A stretch of 64,000 nt of DNA from Calditrichia bacterium. GTDB taxonomy: Bacteria; Calditrichota; Calditrichia; JAJRVZ01. A model generated the notes under the pieces. It searched no databases. It saw only the letters and a program-made list of their open reading frames with translations, and was not told the origin of the DNA. Every line of letters begins with the position of its first letter. The stretch's first letter is position 1. Made by a program: the position numbers and the translations under genes. Location of the stretch: assembly GCA_963796965.1 (NCBI GenBank), contig CAWCNS010000007.1, positions 1 to 64,000 of the forward strand. Direction: 5' to 3'. Below, piece by piece: positions 20,529 to 31,501 of the stretch.

Positions 20529-21998
20529 TTATTCGGGTACCTCTGGTGTAAGCCGGTAATGGATATTATAAATTTGGCTTTCATCCAGGTGGATTTCTCT
20601 ACTCAGAGGCAGGTAGCCATCTTTGGTAATTTTGATGGTATGTACGCCACTTTTTAGACGCAAGCGATTTAGGGGTGTTTTGCCCAGTAATTGATCATCA
20701 AAGTAGACGTCAGCAGCGCTGGGTGTAGAACTGGTTTTTAGCGTGACAACTGTATTACGATGGGGGATAGTCGCCTTAATTTTTATATCTTTACCCGCTT
20801 TAAAAATCAGGTTTTCCTGATGTATACCCTTATCTCCCTCACCATGAATCTCGACACTATGATCACCGGCCGATATATTAGGAAAAACATGTGTACCCTC
20901 TTTTAAGTCCCCGATAAATTTGCCGTCCAGGTATACGGAAGCCTTCTGGGCATCGGCGGAAACCTCCAGATTTACGAAGCGCTCATTTTTCAGAAAACGA
21001 TTTAATTGGAACGCTGCAAGAATAAACAAGATACCAACCATCGCTGCCGTATACCAAAACTTTTTTGAATTAGTAATATACATACGGGGGGGTCTAAAGG
21101 TGTCTTCGGAAGATTTTACGGTATCAGTTTCATATTTGCGCAAAAATTGGGAGATGATAACCTTTTTGTTTGCTTTTTCCTTCCATGGAATAAACTGATC
21201 GAGATCTCTGATTAATTCAGAAGCATTACGATAACGTTTATCTGTATCCCTTCGCATAGATTTCTTTACTATCTTGACTAGCCGCCATGGGATTTCACGG
21301 TTATATTTCTTAGGGGTAGGGAATTTGCCTTTTACAATTTTCATCAATACTTCGGTGTTGGTATCACCTAAAAATGGTTTAACCCCTGTAAGCATTTCAT
21401 AAAGAAGTACACCCAGCGAATAGACATCACTTTGTGGACTTATTGGATCGCCATTGGCTTGCTCGGGTGACATATAAGAGGGTGTCCCAACGATCATCCC
21501 GGTTATGGTCAATTTGCTGGGTGTCTCGTCCTTGGCAACACCAAAGTCAATGAGTTTTACCTCACCATGATGTGAGATAAGTATATTGCTCGGTTTTATA
21601 TCTCGGTGAATGACGCTTTTGTTATGTGTATATTCAATACCTGTGGCGATCTCTCGTATAATGAGGGCCGCAACGTAAGAAGGTAAGGGGGATGAAAAAT
21701 CAATGATATCACGCAGGTCATGCCCATCTACAAATTCCATTACAAGATAATAGGTACGTCCAGCATAAATAAAATCATATATGGCAAGAACATTTTCCTG
21801 GGAAAAAGAAGCGGAAACAAAAGCCTCTTTTTTAAATCTTTCGATGATCTCGCGGTTGGGATCTTTTAGTTTTTTTATGACAACTGTACGCTTAAGTGCT
21901 GGCTGGATCGCTTTATATATGATAGCCATGCCACCCTCACCGATCTTCTCAATGATCTTAAAGCTTCCAACCTTATCACTTTCCAACCCAGCATTCAT
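20529..21998 (-). CDS. Hanks-type Ser/Thr kinase with TM helix and PEGA domain(s)
   Basis: GEGGMA, HRDIKPSN, DFG, GTPSYMSPEQ, a TM segment, and PEGA-like STPSAADVYFD...GKTP. Confidence 0.9.
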   Translation of the reverse strand: MNAGLESDKVGSFKIIEKIGEGGMAIIYKAIQPALKRTVVIKKLKDPNREIIERFKKEAFVSASFSQENVLAIYDFIYAGRTYYLVMEFVDGHDLRDIIDFSSPLPSYVAALIIREIATGIEYTHNKSVIHRDIKPSNILISHHGEVKLIDFGVAKDETPSKLTITGMIVGTPSYMSPEQANGDPISPQSDVYSLGVLLYEMLTGVKPFLGDTNTEVLMKIVKGKFPTPKKYNREIPWRLVKIVKKSMRRDTDKRYRNASELIRDLDQFIPWKEKANKKVIISQFLRKYETDTVKSSEDTFRPPRMYITNSKKFWYTAAMVGILFILAAFQLNRFLKNERFVNLEVSADAQKASVYLDGKFIGDLKEGTHVFPNISAGDHSVEIHGEGDKGIHQENLIFKAGKDIKIKATIPHRNTVVTLKTSSTPSAADVYFDDQLLGKTPLNRLRLKSGVHTIKITKDGYLPLSREIHLDESQIYNIHYRLTPEVPE

Positions 21999-22181
21999 AA
22001 ATTTAAACCTGTTTTAATTATTAAATAAAACGAGAAATGCTATAATCTGATCAAAAAAACCTAACTATAATTTAATAGGCGTAATAAAATTATTTGCATC
22101 CTTGCGTTTGCGATAGATACGTTTATATCAGAAAATAAATTAATAGGAATCGGGCCCTGGCATATCTAATGAAAATCCGCT

Positions 22182-22655
22182 TTAGTCGATTTCGAAAAAA
22201 TAATTTTCTTCCTCATGGATTAATTCGAAAGCAGCCTGATCATTTTCACAAGATAAAAGCTGTTGTCTGAGTTCTTCGTTACTCATAAGGCGGGAAATTC
22301 GACTGAGAAGTTTGATATGGAGTCCCGGATTGTTTACCGGACCAACAAGCAAAAAAATGATCTTCACGGGATTTTGATCGATAGACTGAAAATCTACACC
22401 TTTGGGTTGGATACCCAGACAGACGGCAAATTCCGGACTATCCGCATGTTTACAATGGGGTATTGCAATTCCATTTCCAACACCTGTGGTCATGATCTTT
22501 TCTCTCTCCAGTACAGCGTTAAAGATCGAATTTTCCTTCGAAATTGCCTTGGTTTCAAGTAGTTTCTCTATTAATTCTTTAATGCAAGCATCACGGGTGG
22601 TGCTTTTTAAGGAAATGTTGATTAAATTTTCTTTTAAGACGTCAGTCAGGCGCAT
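22182..22655 (-). CDS. PTS IIA (Fru/Ntr-type) domain protein
   Basis: ERE..TTGVGNGIAIPH carries the phospho-His. Confidence 0.9.
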   Translation of the reverse strand: MRLTDVLKENLINISLKSTTRDACIKELIEKLLETKAISKENSIFNAVLEREKIMTTGVGNGIAIPHCKHADSPEFAVCLGIQPKGVDFQSIDQNPVKIIFLLVGPVNNPGLHIKLLSRISRLMSNEELRQQLLSCENDQAAFELIHEEENYFFEID

Positions 22656-22932
22656 TGCATTCTCCCACAAGGTTTTGATTAAATTAGCCAAAAAATTTAA
22701 TAAAAGAAAAAGTTTTTTTAGTACTGAATATGGAATGTGTTGAGATTAGTCTTCGAGCAATATGGACCTGTCGAACAAGTTAAAAGATAAGGGGCAAAAG
22801 GCCAAAAGCTAAAGGCTAAGGCTGATAATATTTTGCATGCCTACATTTTTTTTACATGGTTTTTTCCCTTTTTCTTTTCTTTTTCCTTCTCCCTTTTGAC
22901 TTTGACCCTTGACCTTTATTAGGATAAATAGA

Positions 22933-22961
22933 TTGACATCAAATTTGAAGCTTCTTATATT
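22933..22961 (+). promoter_or_regulatory. Putative sigma70 promoter
   Basis: TTGACA-17 bp-TATATT upstream of the second PTS IIA gene. Confidence 0.6.
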
Positions 22962-22985
22962 CGATTTTAACCCATGGAGTATTAT

Positions 22986-23438
22986 ATGAAATTAAGTGAT
23001 TTACTTCCTGTTACTCATATTTACAATGGCTTACAGGGAGAGACAAAAATTGAGATTATTGAGGAACTCCTTACCCTCATGAAAAAGAACGATTTGATAC
23101 AGGAATATGAGGAGGCCTTAAACGATGTACTTGATCGGGAAGGATATCTCAGTACGGGTCTGGAAAATGGATTGGCGATACCACATGCCAAAACAGACAG
23201 TATCAAGAATCTCGCCATTGTTTTTGGCGTGAAAAAGGATGGGGTGACTTTTGAAAGTCTTGATGGTAAGCCGTCTGATCTTATTTTTTTAGTCTTATCA
23301 CCAAAAGATACTTCTGGTCCTCATATACAGGCATTAGCCCTTATCACCCGTAATCTTAAAGATGCAGGCGTGCGGGAACATATAAAAAATTGTTCTTCAG
23401 AACAAGAGATCGCAGATATCATTTATAATTTCGATTGA
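22986..23438 (+). CDS. PTS IIA (Fru/Ntr-type) domain protein
   Basis: DRE..STGLENGLAIPHAK. Confidence 0.9.
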   Translation: MKLSDLLPVTHIYNGLQGETKIEIIEELLTLMKKNDLIQEYEEALNDVLDREGYLSTGLENGLAIPHAKTDSIKNLAIVFGVKKDGVTFESLDGKPSDLIFLVLSPKDTSGPHIQALALITRNLKDAGVREHIKNCSSEQEIADIIYNFD

Positions 23439-23441
23439 TCT

Positions 23442-24383
23442 ATGAATATGCACGACCGTCTAAATACCTACCGTCAAATAATTGAAGATGATTTAAAAGC
23501 GATTCCCCAGGTCGAAAAGATTCCTCTTTTCTATGCACCTATCCGTTATATGAATGATTTACCGGGAAAGAGGATCCGGCCCCTTTTAACGATTGTTTCC
23601 GGGTTATCTGTTGGTGGAAAATTAAGCAACCTTCGCGCGCCAGCCTCAGCGGTTGAACTCCTGCACAATTTCAGTTTAGTACATGATGATATCATGGATG
23701 ATGATGATCTGCGACGTGGGGAACCCACTGTTCATGTAAAATGGGATTTGGGAACGGCCATTCTCACTGGGGATGGTCTTTTAGGCCTTGCTTTCAGAAA
23801 ATTATTGGAAACACCTGAGATTAATGACCTGCAGATGGCTCGTCTTTTTACAGATGCGATGATCGAAATTTGTGAAGGCCAGGCTCTGGATAAAACTTTT
23901 GAAAATAAGTCCATTGTGTCTGAGGTTGACTATCTGGAAATGATTGAGAAAAAAACAGTGACTTTAATACGATTGTCATGTCAGCTCGGTGGGATTGCAG
24001 CGGGAGCGGAAGAAAAACATATCTCCTGGTTGACAAAATTTGGATATAATATGGGGATGGGATTTCAAATTCAGGATGACATGCTTGATATCTATGCCGA
24101 TGAAGATACACTGGGTAAACCTGTGGGAAGTGATCTGGCGATGGATAAAAAGACAATAATTACTGTGCGTCTTAAAGAAAAAACAGGTCAGAGTGACTAC
24201 CAATCTGTTTCGGTTGAGCAATTTAAACAATTGTTAGCAGAAAATGATATCCTTCGGGAAATAAAAACGATGGTAAATACCTATTTTGATGATGCCATAA
24301 GTGCTGTAAATCATCTTCCTGAGAACGAGTTTACACAACTTTTAAAGGACATAGGTACCTATGTTCAGAACAGGGAAAAATGA
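23442..24383 (+). CDS. Polyprenyl diphosphate synthase
   Basis: GKRIRP, HDDIMDDDDLRRG, GQALD and FQIQDDMLD. Confidence 0.92.
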   Translation: MNMHDRLNTYRQIIEDDLKAIPQVEKIPLFYAPIRYMNDLPGKRIRPLLTIVSGLSVGGKLSNLRAPASAVELLHNFSLVHDDIMDDDDLRRGEPTVHVKWDLGTAILTGDGLLGLAFRKLLETPEINDLQMARLFTDAMIEICEGQALDKTFENKSIVSEVDYLEMIEKKTVTLIRLSCQLGGIAAGAEEKHISWLTKFGYNMGMGFQIQDDMLDIYADEDTLGKPVGSDLAMDKKTIITVRLKEKTGQSDYQSVSVEQFKQLLAENDILREIKTMVNTYFDDAISAVNHLPENEFTQLLKDIGTYVQNREK

Positions 24384-24871
24384 GAGAATTATCTGTTCTT
24401 ATTCTCCCACTGCTGCTTCTGGCAATATCCTGCAAACCCTCAGCCCGCTTTCGTTCGAACCAAGACGCACCGGCATATAAATCAAATCTGAAGGAATCAT
24501 CACATCTAAATGACTATGTTTCCCAGTGGCTAAATAGTCCCTATAAGTATAGCGGTATGAGCAAGAGCGGGGTTGATTGTTCGGGATTTTCAACGCGGGT
24601 GATGCAGGATGTATATGGTATTAAACTCCCCAGAACGGCGGAAATGCAATATGAAAATGGGCAGAAGTTAAGTGATGGTAAAAGAAAGGCTGGAGATTTA
24701 GTCTTCTTTAGAAATGTCCGGGGAAGGGGAAGAGGTATTGATCATGTGGGGGTTTTTCTGGGGGACAACAAATTTGCCCATGCCAGTGCAAGTGCAGGAG
24801 TGGTCATATCTGATCTGGATGAGGATTATTACCAGGAGCGTTATGTCGGAGCCTGTAGATATTTCAAGTAA
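24380..24871 (+). CDS. NlpC/P60 lipoprotein
   Basis: Lipobox AISC; GVDCSGF, GDLVFF and HVGVF..FAHAS. Confidence 0.9.
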   Translation: MRELSVLILPLLLLAISCKPSARFRSNQDAPAYKSNLKESSHLNDYVSQWLNSPYKYSGMSKSGVDCSGFSTRVMQDVYGIKLPRTAEMQYENGQKLSDGKRKAGDLVFFRNVRGRGRGIDHVGVFLGDNKFAHASASAGVVISDLDEDYYQERYVGACRYFK

Positions 24872-24995
24872 TTTTTTTAAACACAAAGTCCACAAAGTAA
24901 GCACAAAGAGCACTAAGTATTTTATTAATAAAAAAAAACTTTGTGAACTTGGTGTATTCTTAGAGTACTTTGTGTTTAGTTTTTTTTAAATATTA

Positions 24996-25856
24996 ATGAG
25001 GATTAATATGAGAAAGATGATACTCGTTTTTACTGGTCTATTTTTGTTATCTGGCTGTCAATCCAACACTAAAGTAGATCCACTAATTTTCTCGGTAATG
25101 GGGGATGTGCCGCGAAGTGTAAGCGAAGACACTCTGCTGCAGAGGCAGATCACGGCTCACAATAAATATAGCGCCTCTGAATTTATGCTCCATGTGGGAG
25201 ATATAAAATCTGGCGGTGCTCCTTGTGATGAAGAAGTTTATCAGCGGGTCAGTGGTTTTTTAAAGCAACTTTCGGTGCCCACTTTTATCGTTCCTGGTGA
25301 TAATGAATGGAATGATTGTCCAGATCCTCTGGCGGCTTGGTCCCTCTGGACTGAGTATTTTATGAATTTTGATAAAAATTGGGCCTATGATCCTAAGGTT
25401 GAACGACAGGAAGGTGCGAAAGAAAATATTGCCTGGGTTACTCAAGATGTGTTAATGATTGGTATTAATCTGGTTGGAGGCAGGGTGCATAATCAAATTG
25501 AGTGGGACAGGATGATGAGCAAGGCTGCTGACTGGATTGATGTTCAATTAAAGAATAAAAAAGAATCGGTGAAAGCCGCGGTTATATTTGCTCAGGCAAA
25601 TCCAAAAAAGAAGCACCAACCATTCATGAATAAATTTCTGCAATCGGTTAAGGCATTCCAGAAACCAATACTTTTTCTTCATGGTGATGGGCACCGTTGG
25701 TTATATGATAGTCCCTGGCAAGTACCGAACCTGGTACGTGTCCAAATAGATCAGGGTAGGATTGCTTTACCGTTAGAAATAACTGTCAATTCTAATGCAG
25801 ATAGCACGTTCCAATTTAAGCGTACGCCATTCCCTTTTGCCTTTGAATTAAAATAG
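24996..25856 (+). CDS. Metallophosphoesterase lipoprotein
   Basis: Lipobox LSGC; GDVP, HVGDIK, PGDNEW and HGDGH. Confidence 0.8.
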   Translation: MRINMRKMILVFTGLFLLSGCQSNTKVDPLIFSVMGDVPRSVSEDTLLQRQITAHNKYSASEFMLHVGDIKSGGAPCDEEVYQRVSGFLKQLSVPTFIVPGDNEWNDCPDPLAAWSLWTEYFMNFDKNWAYDPKVERQEGAKENIAWVTQDVLMIGINLVGGRVHNQIEWDRMMSKAADWIDVQLKNKKESVKAAVIFAQANPKKKHQPFMNKFLQSVKAFQKPILFLHGDGHRWLYDSPWQVPNLVRVQIDQGRIALPLEITVNSNADSTFQFKRTPFPFAFELK

Positions 25857-25920
25857 AACACTTTTTTATGTCTCCATCAATCTAATGAAAGAATGTCGGA
25901 TGAATTCTTAAAATTAAAGA

Positions 25921-26265
25921 ATGGATAACTTCCTCGATAAATTTTTTATACTCTTCCATAGTTTATTTGCCTTATTCAACGTTTTTGGATGGATCTGGAA
26001 GAAGACAAGAAAAATTAATCTGATACTCCTCCTACTTACAGCCTTCTCCTGGTTTATCCTGGGATTATGGTATGGCTTAGGCTATTGTCCCTTAACTGAA
26101 TGGCATTGGCAGGTGCGCTGGCGATTGGGTTATCATGATATGCCATCTTCATACATAAAATTCTTGCTTGATACATTAACCGGATTGGATTTCAATTCTC
26201 TACTTGTGGATGTTGTAACCGGGATAGACTTTTGGATTTGCTCTCATTGTTTCTTTGAGTCTTAA
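25921..26265 (+). CDS. DUF2784-like membrane protein
   Basis: TM helices with GYCPLTEW; the C-terminus may be frameshifted. Confidence 0.7.
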   Translation: MDNFLDKFFILFHSLFALFNVFGWIWKKTRKINLILLLLTAFSWFILGLWYGLGYCPLTEWHWQVRWRLGYHDMPSSYIKFLLDTLTGLDFNSLLVDVVTGIDFWICSHCFFES

Positions 26266-26295
26266 TTTAAGAAATCAACATCAGAAAAACTCTTA

Positions 26296-27885
26296 GACCT
26301 CACCCCTAAATGCCTTTTAGGAGAGGTCCCCTCGCCTTTTAGGAGAGGGGCCGGGGGTGAGGTCCTGGAATATGTATTTTTATATTGAAATTTCACTCAG
26401 CCGGGCATATTTTCTTAACCATCAAGAAACAACGATAAATTGCGTAAAACCTTATCTATGTTATTCTCAATCTCCTCATTTTTAATTCGAACCACATCAA
26501 GTCCAAGATTATTTAATATATCTGTTCGATTAGCATCTTGTTTGGCTGTTTTTAGGTGAATCTTACCATCAATTTCTATAACTATTCTTTTATCAAGACA
26601 GAAGAAATCGGCTATAAAGAAGGATTCATAATGGATTGTTTCATATAAACATGAGAAGTTAAATAATAATGTTATTGGCAAATGCTGTTCCAAAGACGAT
26701 TATTACCATTATGTTTAGAATAAGGTAATTTAAAGGACCTCACCCCTAAATCCCCTCGCCTTTTAAGAGGCCGGTCCTTGATATTATTTTTATATTGAAA
26801 TTCACTCGCCGGGCATATTTTCTTAACCATCAAGAAACAACGATAAATTGCGTAAAACCTTATCTATGTTATTCTCAATCTCTTCATTTTTAATTCGAAT
26901 CACATCAAGTCCAAGATTATTTAATATATCTGTTCGATTAGCATCTTGTTTGGCTGTTTTTAGGTGAATCTTACCATCAATTTCTATAACTATTCTTTTA
27001 TCAAGACAGAAGAAATCGGCTATAAAGAAGGATTCATAATGGATAGTTTCATATAAACATCTAATTGCGAGAAGTTAAATAATAATGTTATTGGCAAATG
27101 CTGTTCCAAATACCGACGATTATTACCATTATGTTTAGAATAAGGTAATTTAAAGGACCTCACCCCTAAATCCCCTCTCCTGAGAGGCGAGGGGACTTGG
27201 TCAGTGGTTTGGCACAGTCGTGTGATAATTTCAGTTATGGAAATTCTGATTTTATGTAATTGAAACTAAATGAAGTAGTCAAATATCTCCCCTCGCCTTT
27301 TAGGAGAGGGGCCGGGGGTGAGGTCCTGTGATATGTATTTTTATATTGAAATTTCACTCAGCCGGGCATATTTTCTTAACCATCAAGAAACAACGATAAA
27401 TTGCGTAAAACCTTATCTATGTTATTCTCAATCTCCTCATTTTTAATTCGAATCACATCAAGTCCAAGATTATTTAATATATCTGTTCGATTAGCATCTT
27501 GTTTGGCTGTTTTTAGGTGAATCTTACCCTCAATTTCTATAACTATTCTTTTATCAAGACAGAAGAAATCGGCTATAAAGAAGGATTCATAATGGATTGT
27601 TTCATATAAACATCTAATTGCGAGAAGTTAAATAATAATGTTATTGGAAAATGCTGTTCCAAATACCGACGATTATTACCATTATGTTTAGAATAAGGTA
27701 ATTTAAAGGACCTCACCCCTAAATCCCCTCTCCTGAGAGGCGAGGGGACTTGGTCAGTGGTTTGGCACATCTGTGTGATAATTTCAGTTATGGAAATTCT
27801 GATTTTATGTAATTGAAACTAAATGAAGTAGTCAAATTTCTCCCCTCGCCTTTTAGGAGAGGGGCCGGGGGTGAGGTCCTGTGAT
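26296..27885 (-). repeat. Tandem triplication of a hairpin-flanked DUF559 (Vsr-like) endonuclease fragment
   Basis: Three near-identical ~370-bp copies encoding FIADFFCLDKRIVIEIDGKIH...QDANR, separated by cctcaccc...ggggtgagg GC hairpins. Confidence 0.85.
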
Positions 27886-28031
27886 AGACAATGAGATCCG
27901 GTTATCCTATTTAATTCAGAATAAAATCGAACATCTGTGACAATGATAAAATAGATTCCCAAAGAAATTCATTTTGAATACAATCCCTGATTTCATAAAT
28001 TTAATATTATCAACTCATTCGGGAGAATTTT

Positions 28032-28559
28032 TTGAAAGAAAAAATCCGACAAATAGAGATGATCTTATTTGATGTGGATGGGGTTCTCTGCAGCGGTGAT
28101 ATCAGTTATCTGGACAGCGGGGAAGAGATAAAAACCTTTAATGTTCAGGATGGCCTTGGTATTACACTGGCACAAATGGCTGGTTTCAAGACGGGAATTA
28201 TCACCGGGAGGGAATCTCCGGCTCTTGAAAGGCGTGCAAAGGAATTAAAAATTGATGTATTATCCCAGGGCCATTTTAATAAAATTGAACCCTATATCAC
28301 TATTCTAAATCAGTTTGGTTTGAATGATAATCAAATCTGTTATATGGGTGATGATGTGTTGGATATCCCCCTCCTGAACCGTGTCGGATTCAGCGTTGCT
28401 GTTGCCAATGCCCGGGAGGATGTTAAAGCGGTCAGTGATTATGTAACCGTAGCACAAGGCGGACGCGGTGCCGTAAGAGAGGTCATCGATCTCATTCTCA
28501 AACGTCAGAATAAATATGATGGTCTTATTGAATCATTAGCCGATCGAAAGCATCCATGA
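28032..28559 (+). CDS. kdsC: KDO 8-phosphate phosphatase (HAD)
   Basis: FDVDGVL, FNVQDGLGI, YMGDDVLD and GGRGAVRE. Confidence 0.9.
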   Translation: MKEKIRQIEMILFDVDGVLCSGDISYLDSGEEIKTFNVQDGLGITLAQMAGFKTGIITGRESPALERRAKELKIDVLSQGHFNKIEPYITILNQFGLNDNQICYMGDDVLDIPLLNRVGFSVAVANAREDVKAVSDYVTVAQGGRGAVREVIDLILKRQNKYDGLIESLADRKHP

Positions 28560-29386
28560 GAAGATATATTAAATATGCTATAATGTTCATCATTTTTACT
28601 GCCGTACAATTAAAGGCACAAATTACGATCGCCATTGGAGATTTTGAAAACATTAGTGATACGTTTTACCTGGATGGCTGGGAAAAATCGATACCGGAAT
28701 TTCTTAAAAGTGAATTAAGTCGTTCCGAAAATTTGATTATTGTGGAACGAAGGGCCCTGGAATCCGTACTAAAGGAACAGGCATTGAGCATGACTGGACT
28801 TGTCGACAGCGCAACAGCTCAAAAAGTCGGTTCTCTTCTAGGTGCTGCCTACATCATCAGCGGTACTATCACTAAGTCTGAGGAGAACGTACGAATTGAT
28901 GCTAAAATTATTCAATCATCAACGGGTCAGGTAAGAAGTGAGAAAGTACAAGCACCGAATGATCAATATCTGACTGAAATGGTGGGGGTATTGGGAAACA
29001 ATATATCATTTATTCTTTTGGGTGAGGGCGCCTATCTGCAAACGAAAACACTAAAAAAATACCCCACTGCGTATTTTCTCCTGGCTTCAGCCGGACTTGC
29101 CACAGCAACGGTTCTGGTCAACAATGCCTACTGGGAAAAAGTAGACCAGTATCGCAATGCGAATGAATTATCTGATATTGAAGATAATTACAACGCTGCC
29201 AATACATTAAATAATACAAGGATTGTTCTGGCTTCTCTGGCGGGTGTGGCCATAGTTGGAACCATCTACTGCTGGATTAATGATATGTCAGCAGATGAAA
29301 TTATAGCTCAGGATCAGGTACTTCTCCCAACTTTTTATATGGATGGGAATGGTGGTGTTTATGCCTCAATTAAAATTCTATTCTAA
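28556..29386 (+). CDS. CsgG/FlgO-like domain protein with C-terminal hydrophobic segments
   Basis: IVERRALESVLKEQALSMTGLVD...GSLLGAAYIISG. Confidence 0.7.
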   Translation: MRRYIKYAIMFIIFTAVQLKAQITIAIGDFENISDTFYLDGWEKSIPEFLKSELSRSENLIIVERRALESVLKEQALSMTGLVDSATAQKVGSLLGAAYIISGTITKSEENVRIDAKIIQSSTGQVRSEKVQAPNDQYLTEMVGVLGNNISFILLGEGAYLQTKTLKKYPTAYFLLASAGLATATVLVNNAYWEKVDQYRNANELSDIEDNYNAANTLNNTRIVLASLAGVAIVGTIYCWINDMSADEIIAQDQVLLPTFYMDGNGGVYASIKILF

Positions 29387-29400
29387 ATACCTAAGGGCTG

Positions 29401-30147
29401 ATGATTCTTCTCGCCTTTTGCAGTTCTGGCTGTAAAGATATCCCGCGTGATAATGTCCTGGATCCGAAGAATCCATCAAGTTATCGTAATTGGATCATTG
29501 CCATTGAAGCGTTTGTAAACACAGAGAATGATAAACTATACAATGAATATCTGATTACAGCACTCAATACAATATCCAGGCGATATCCGAACAATGTTAC
29601 CATTGCACACTATCATCGAAATGTTGCAACTTTTACTGATAGTCTGAGTATTCCTGAGAATGAGTATATTTATGAGGAGTATATAGAAAGGTTCGATTCA
29701 AATAAAGGAGTTCCAGATGTTTTTATAAATGGTTCTCTTGACAGAGTTAAGGGATCATCCACGATAGAAAGTGCTATTGAAAGACTTGAACGTGCGATTT
29801 TACCCCTTATGAAAGAAAATAGTTATTATACGGTTGAACCAGAAGTGCTCATAAAGGGTGGTAAATTAGAGGTAAATATAAAATTGGCGCGGTTAGGTTC
29901 TACATCGGCAGAAAAAGTTTTTATCAGATTAATCGTAGTTGAGGAGATCGATAGCGGGAATTTGAGCCATGTGGTGCGAAGCATGAAATCTTCAAATCTA
30001 ATCCCGGCACTTGAACCGGGAGAAGTGAAAGAAATCAATTTTGATGAGATAGAATTCAATCCGGAAGGCAATCAGAGCCTGATATTAAATGTACTCTCAA
30101 ATGATGATCTTATTGTAAGACAAAGTGTTGAGGTAGAAATTCCTTGA
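29401..30147 (+). CDS. Lipoprotein, possibly Omp28-like
   Basis: SSGC lipobox, RDNVLDP, GVPDVFING and HVVR. Confidence 0.55.
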   Translation: MILLAFCSSGCKDIPRDNVLDPKNPSSYRNWIIAIEAFVNTENDKLYNEYLITALNTISRRYPNNVTIAHYHRNVATFTDSLSIPENEYIYEEYIERFDSNKGVPDVFINGSLDRVKGSSTIESAIERLERAILPLMKENSYYTVEPEVLIKGGKLEVNIKLARLGSTSAEKVFIRLIVVEEIDSGNLSHVVRSMKSSNLIPALEPGEVKEINFDEIEFNPEGNQSLILNVLSNDDLIVRQSVEVEIP

Positions 30148-30186
30148 AAGCAAAGTCTGGTTAAAACATTCCTGACCATAGGGTTC

Positions 30187-30819
30187 TTGTCAATCACTGC
30201 TTGCGATGCTGACTTGTTTAAAACAAAGGATGAGGCTCAGGAGCCGAATGTCAGTGATATTGAGTCGACGGCGCCAGATTTTACCCTTAGTGTTGGCGAT
30301 ACGGCAAGGTTCTGGATCACTGCCTCCGATCCGGATGGAAGAGCGATAACCTATAAATGGGAAAAGACAGGCGGTGAGTTTGTTACAACATTTGATGGCC
30401 CTGAAGTCACCTGGCGAGCACCTCTCAAAGGGGGGGATTACTCAATAAGTATTCGGGTTGCAAATGATGAGAAACAAGTTACGAGAAGTAAGATTGTCCG
30501 GATCATTTCTTCAGAAAAACCGGTTGTGAGAATTTTAAAACCTGTAAAAAATGAATATCTTGTTCAATATGAGACATATGATATTCAAGTTGAGGTCTTT
30601 CATGATAATGGGATTTCTGTAGCGAAATTATATGTCAATGATAGGTTTATTGGAAATCTTAATGAAAAATCAGAAAATATATTTGAATATCAGTGGCAAG
30701 TTGATGCTTCTTCAGGTATTGCCCAACTTATGGTTTTAGCCGAGGCGCGCTCTGTGGGAACTTTGAATGAAGACAGTACATCCATAAATATAGAGGGCGT
30801 TATACCCGGAAAGAAATAA
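30187..30819 (+). CDS. Ig-like/PKD domain lipoprotein
   Basis: ITAC; ASDPDGRAITYKW...VTWRAP and DNGISVAKLYVND. Confidence 0.6.
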   Translation: MSITACDADLFKTKDEAQEPNVSDIESTAPDFTLSVGDTARFWITASDPDGRAITYKWEKTGGEFVTTFDGPEVTWRAPLKGGDYSISIRVANDEKQVTRSKIVRIISSEKPVVRILKPVKNEYLVQYETYDIQVEVFHDNGISVAKLYVNDRFIGNLNEKSENIFEYQWQVDASSGIAQLMVLAEARSVGTLNEDSTSINIEGVIPGKK

Positions 30820-31369
30820 TGAAAAACATAATTATATTACTTTTAGCAACTTTTCTCTGTCATTGTTCAAATTCAATGTACTGAATTTGAAACGGAGAAC
30901 CAAGAAGTCTCCACGGAGGAATTACCCGACCAGGAGAGCTGGGACAACAATATATTCTTCACCCGAGATAGTGCAAGAAGAGTCTGTTCTTACTGCTGGT
31001 TATATAGCAAAATACAGTAAAAAGAAACACACACTTCTCAAAGAAGGTGTGAAGGTGGATTTTTACGATGAACTGGGTGATTTAAAATCTGTACTTACAT
31101 CTGAAGAAGGCAAAGTTCTGGACGAAAAGCAAGATATGTATGCCTATAAAAATGTGGTTGTACGTGGAGAAAATGGCACTACCCTATACACAGAGGAGTT
31201 GCTTTGGGATAATAAATCTGAAAAGATCATATCCAAAGTTCCCGTAAAGATTACAACTCCGACAGATACATTGTTTGGGGATACGTTTCGCTCTGATCCC
31301 GATCTTGTGGAATATGAGATAACCAATGCGCATGGTACATCGGATAAAACCGTTCAGGTGCGGGATTGA
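30819..31369 (+). CDS. lptC: LPS export protein LptC (frameshifted)
   Basis: LPDQESW...GVKVDFYDE...LYTEELLWD...GDTFRSD, located upstream of lptA/lptB. Confidence 0.8.
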
Positions 31370-31424
31370 CCTTGGGCGGACCGCGTGAAGGGTGAAGCGA
31401 AGAGCGAAGAGAGAGAAGACAGGA

Positions 31425-31501
31425 GTAGCGCAACATTGCAATGTGGCGAATCTAAAGCAATTGAAGAATAGATGAGGGTAGCGACGCGATTAATCGCGTC
31501 G
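31425..31501 (+). repeat. Two GTAG-type REP palindromes
   Basis: GTAG+cgcaacattgcaatgtggcg (31425-31448) and GTAG+cgacgcgattaatcgcgtcg (31478-31501, a perfect 20-bp palindrome). Confidence 0.7.

Noticed and set aside
26296..27885. CRISPR array
   Set aside because: The intervening sequences are near-identical copies of 95-370 bp rather than unique ~35-bp spacers, and no cas genes are present.
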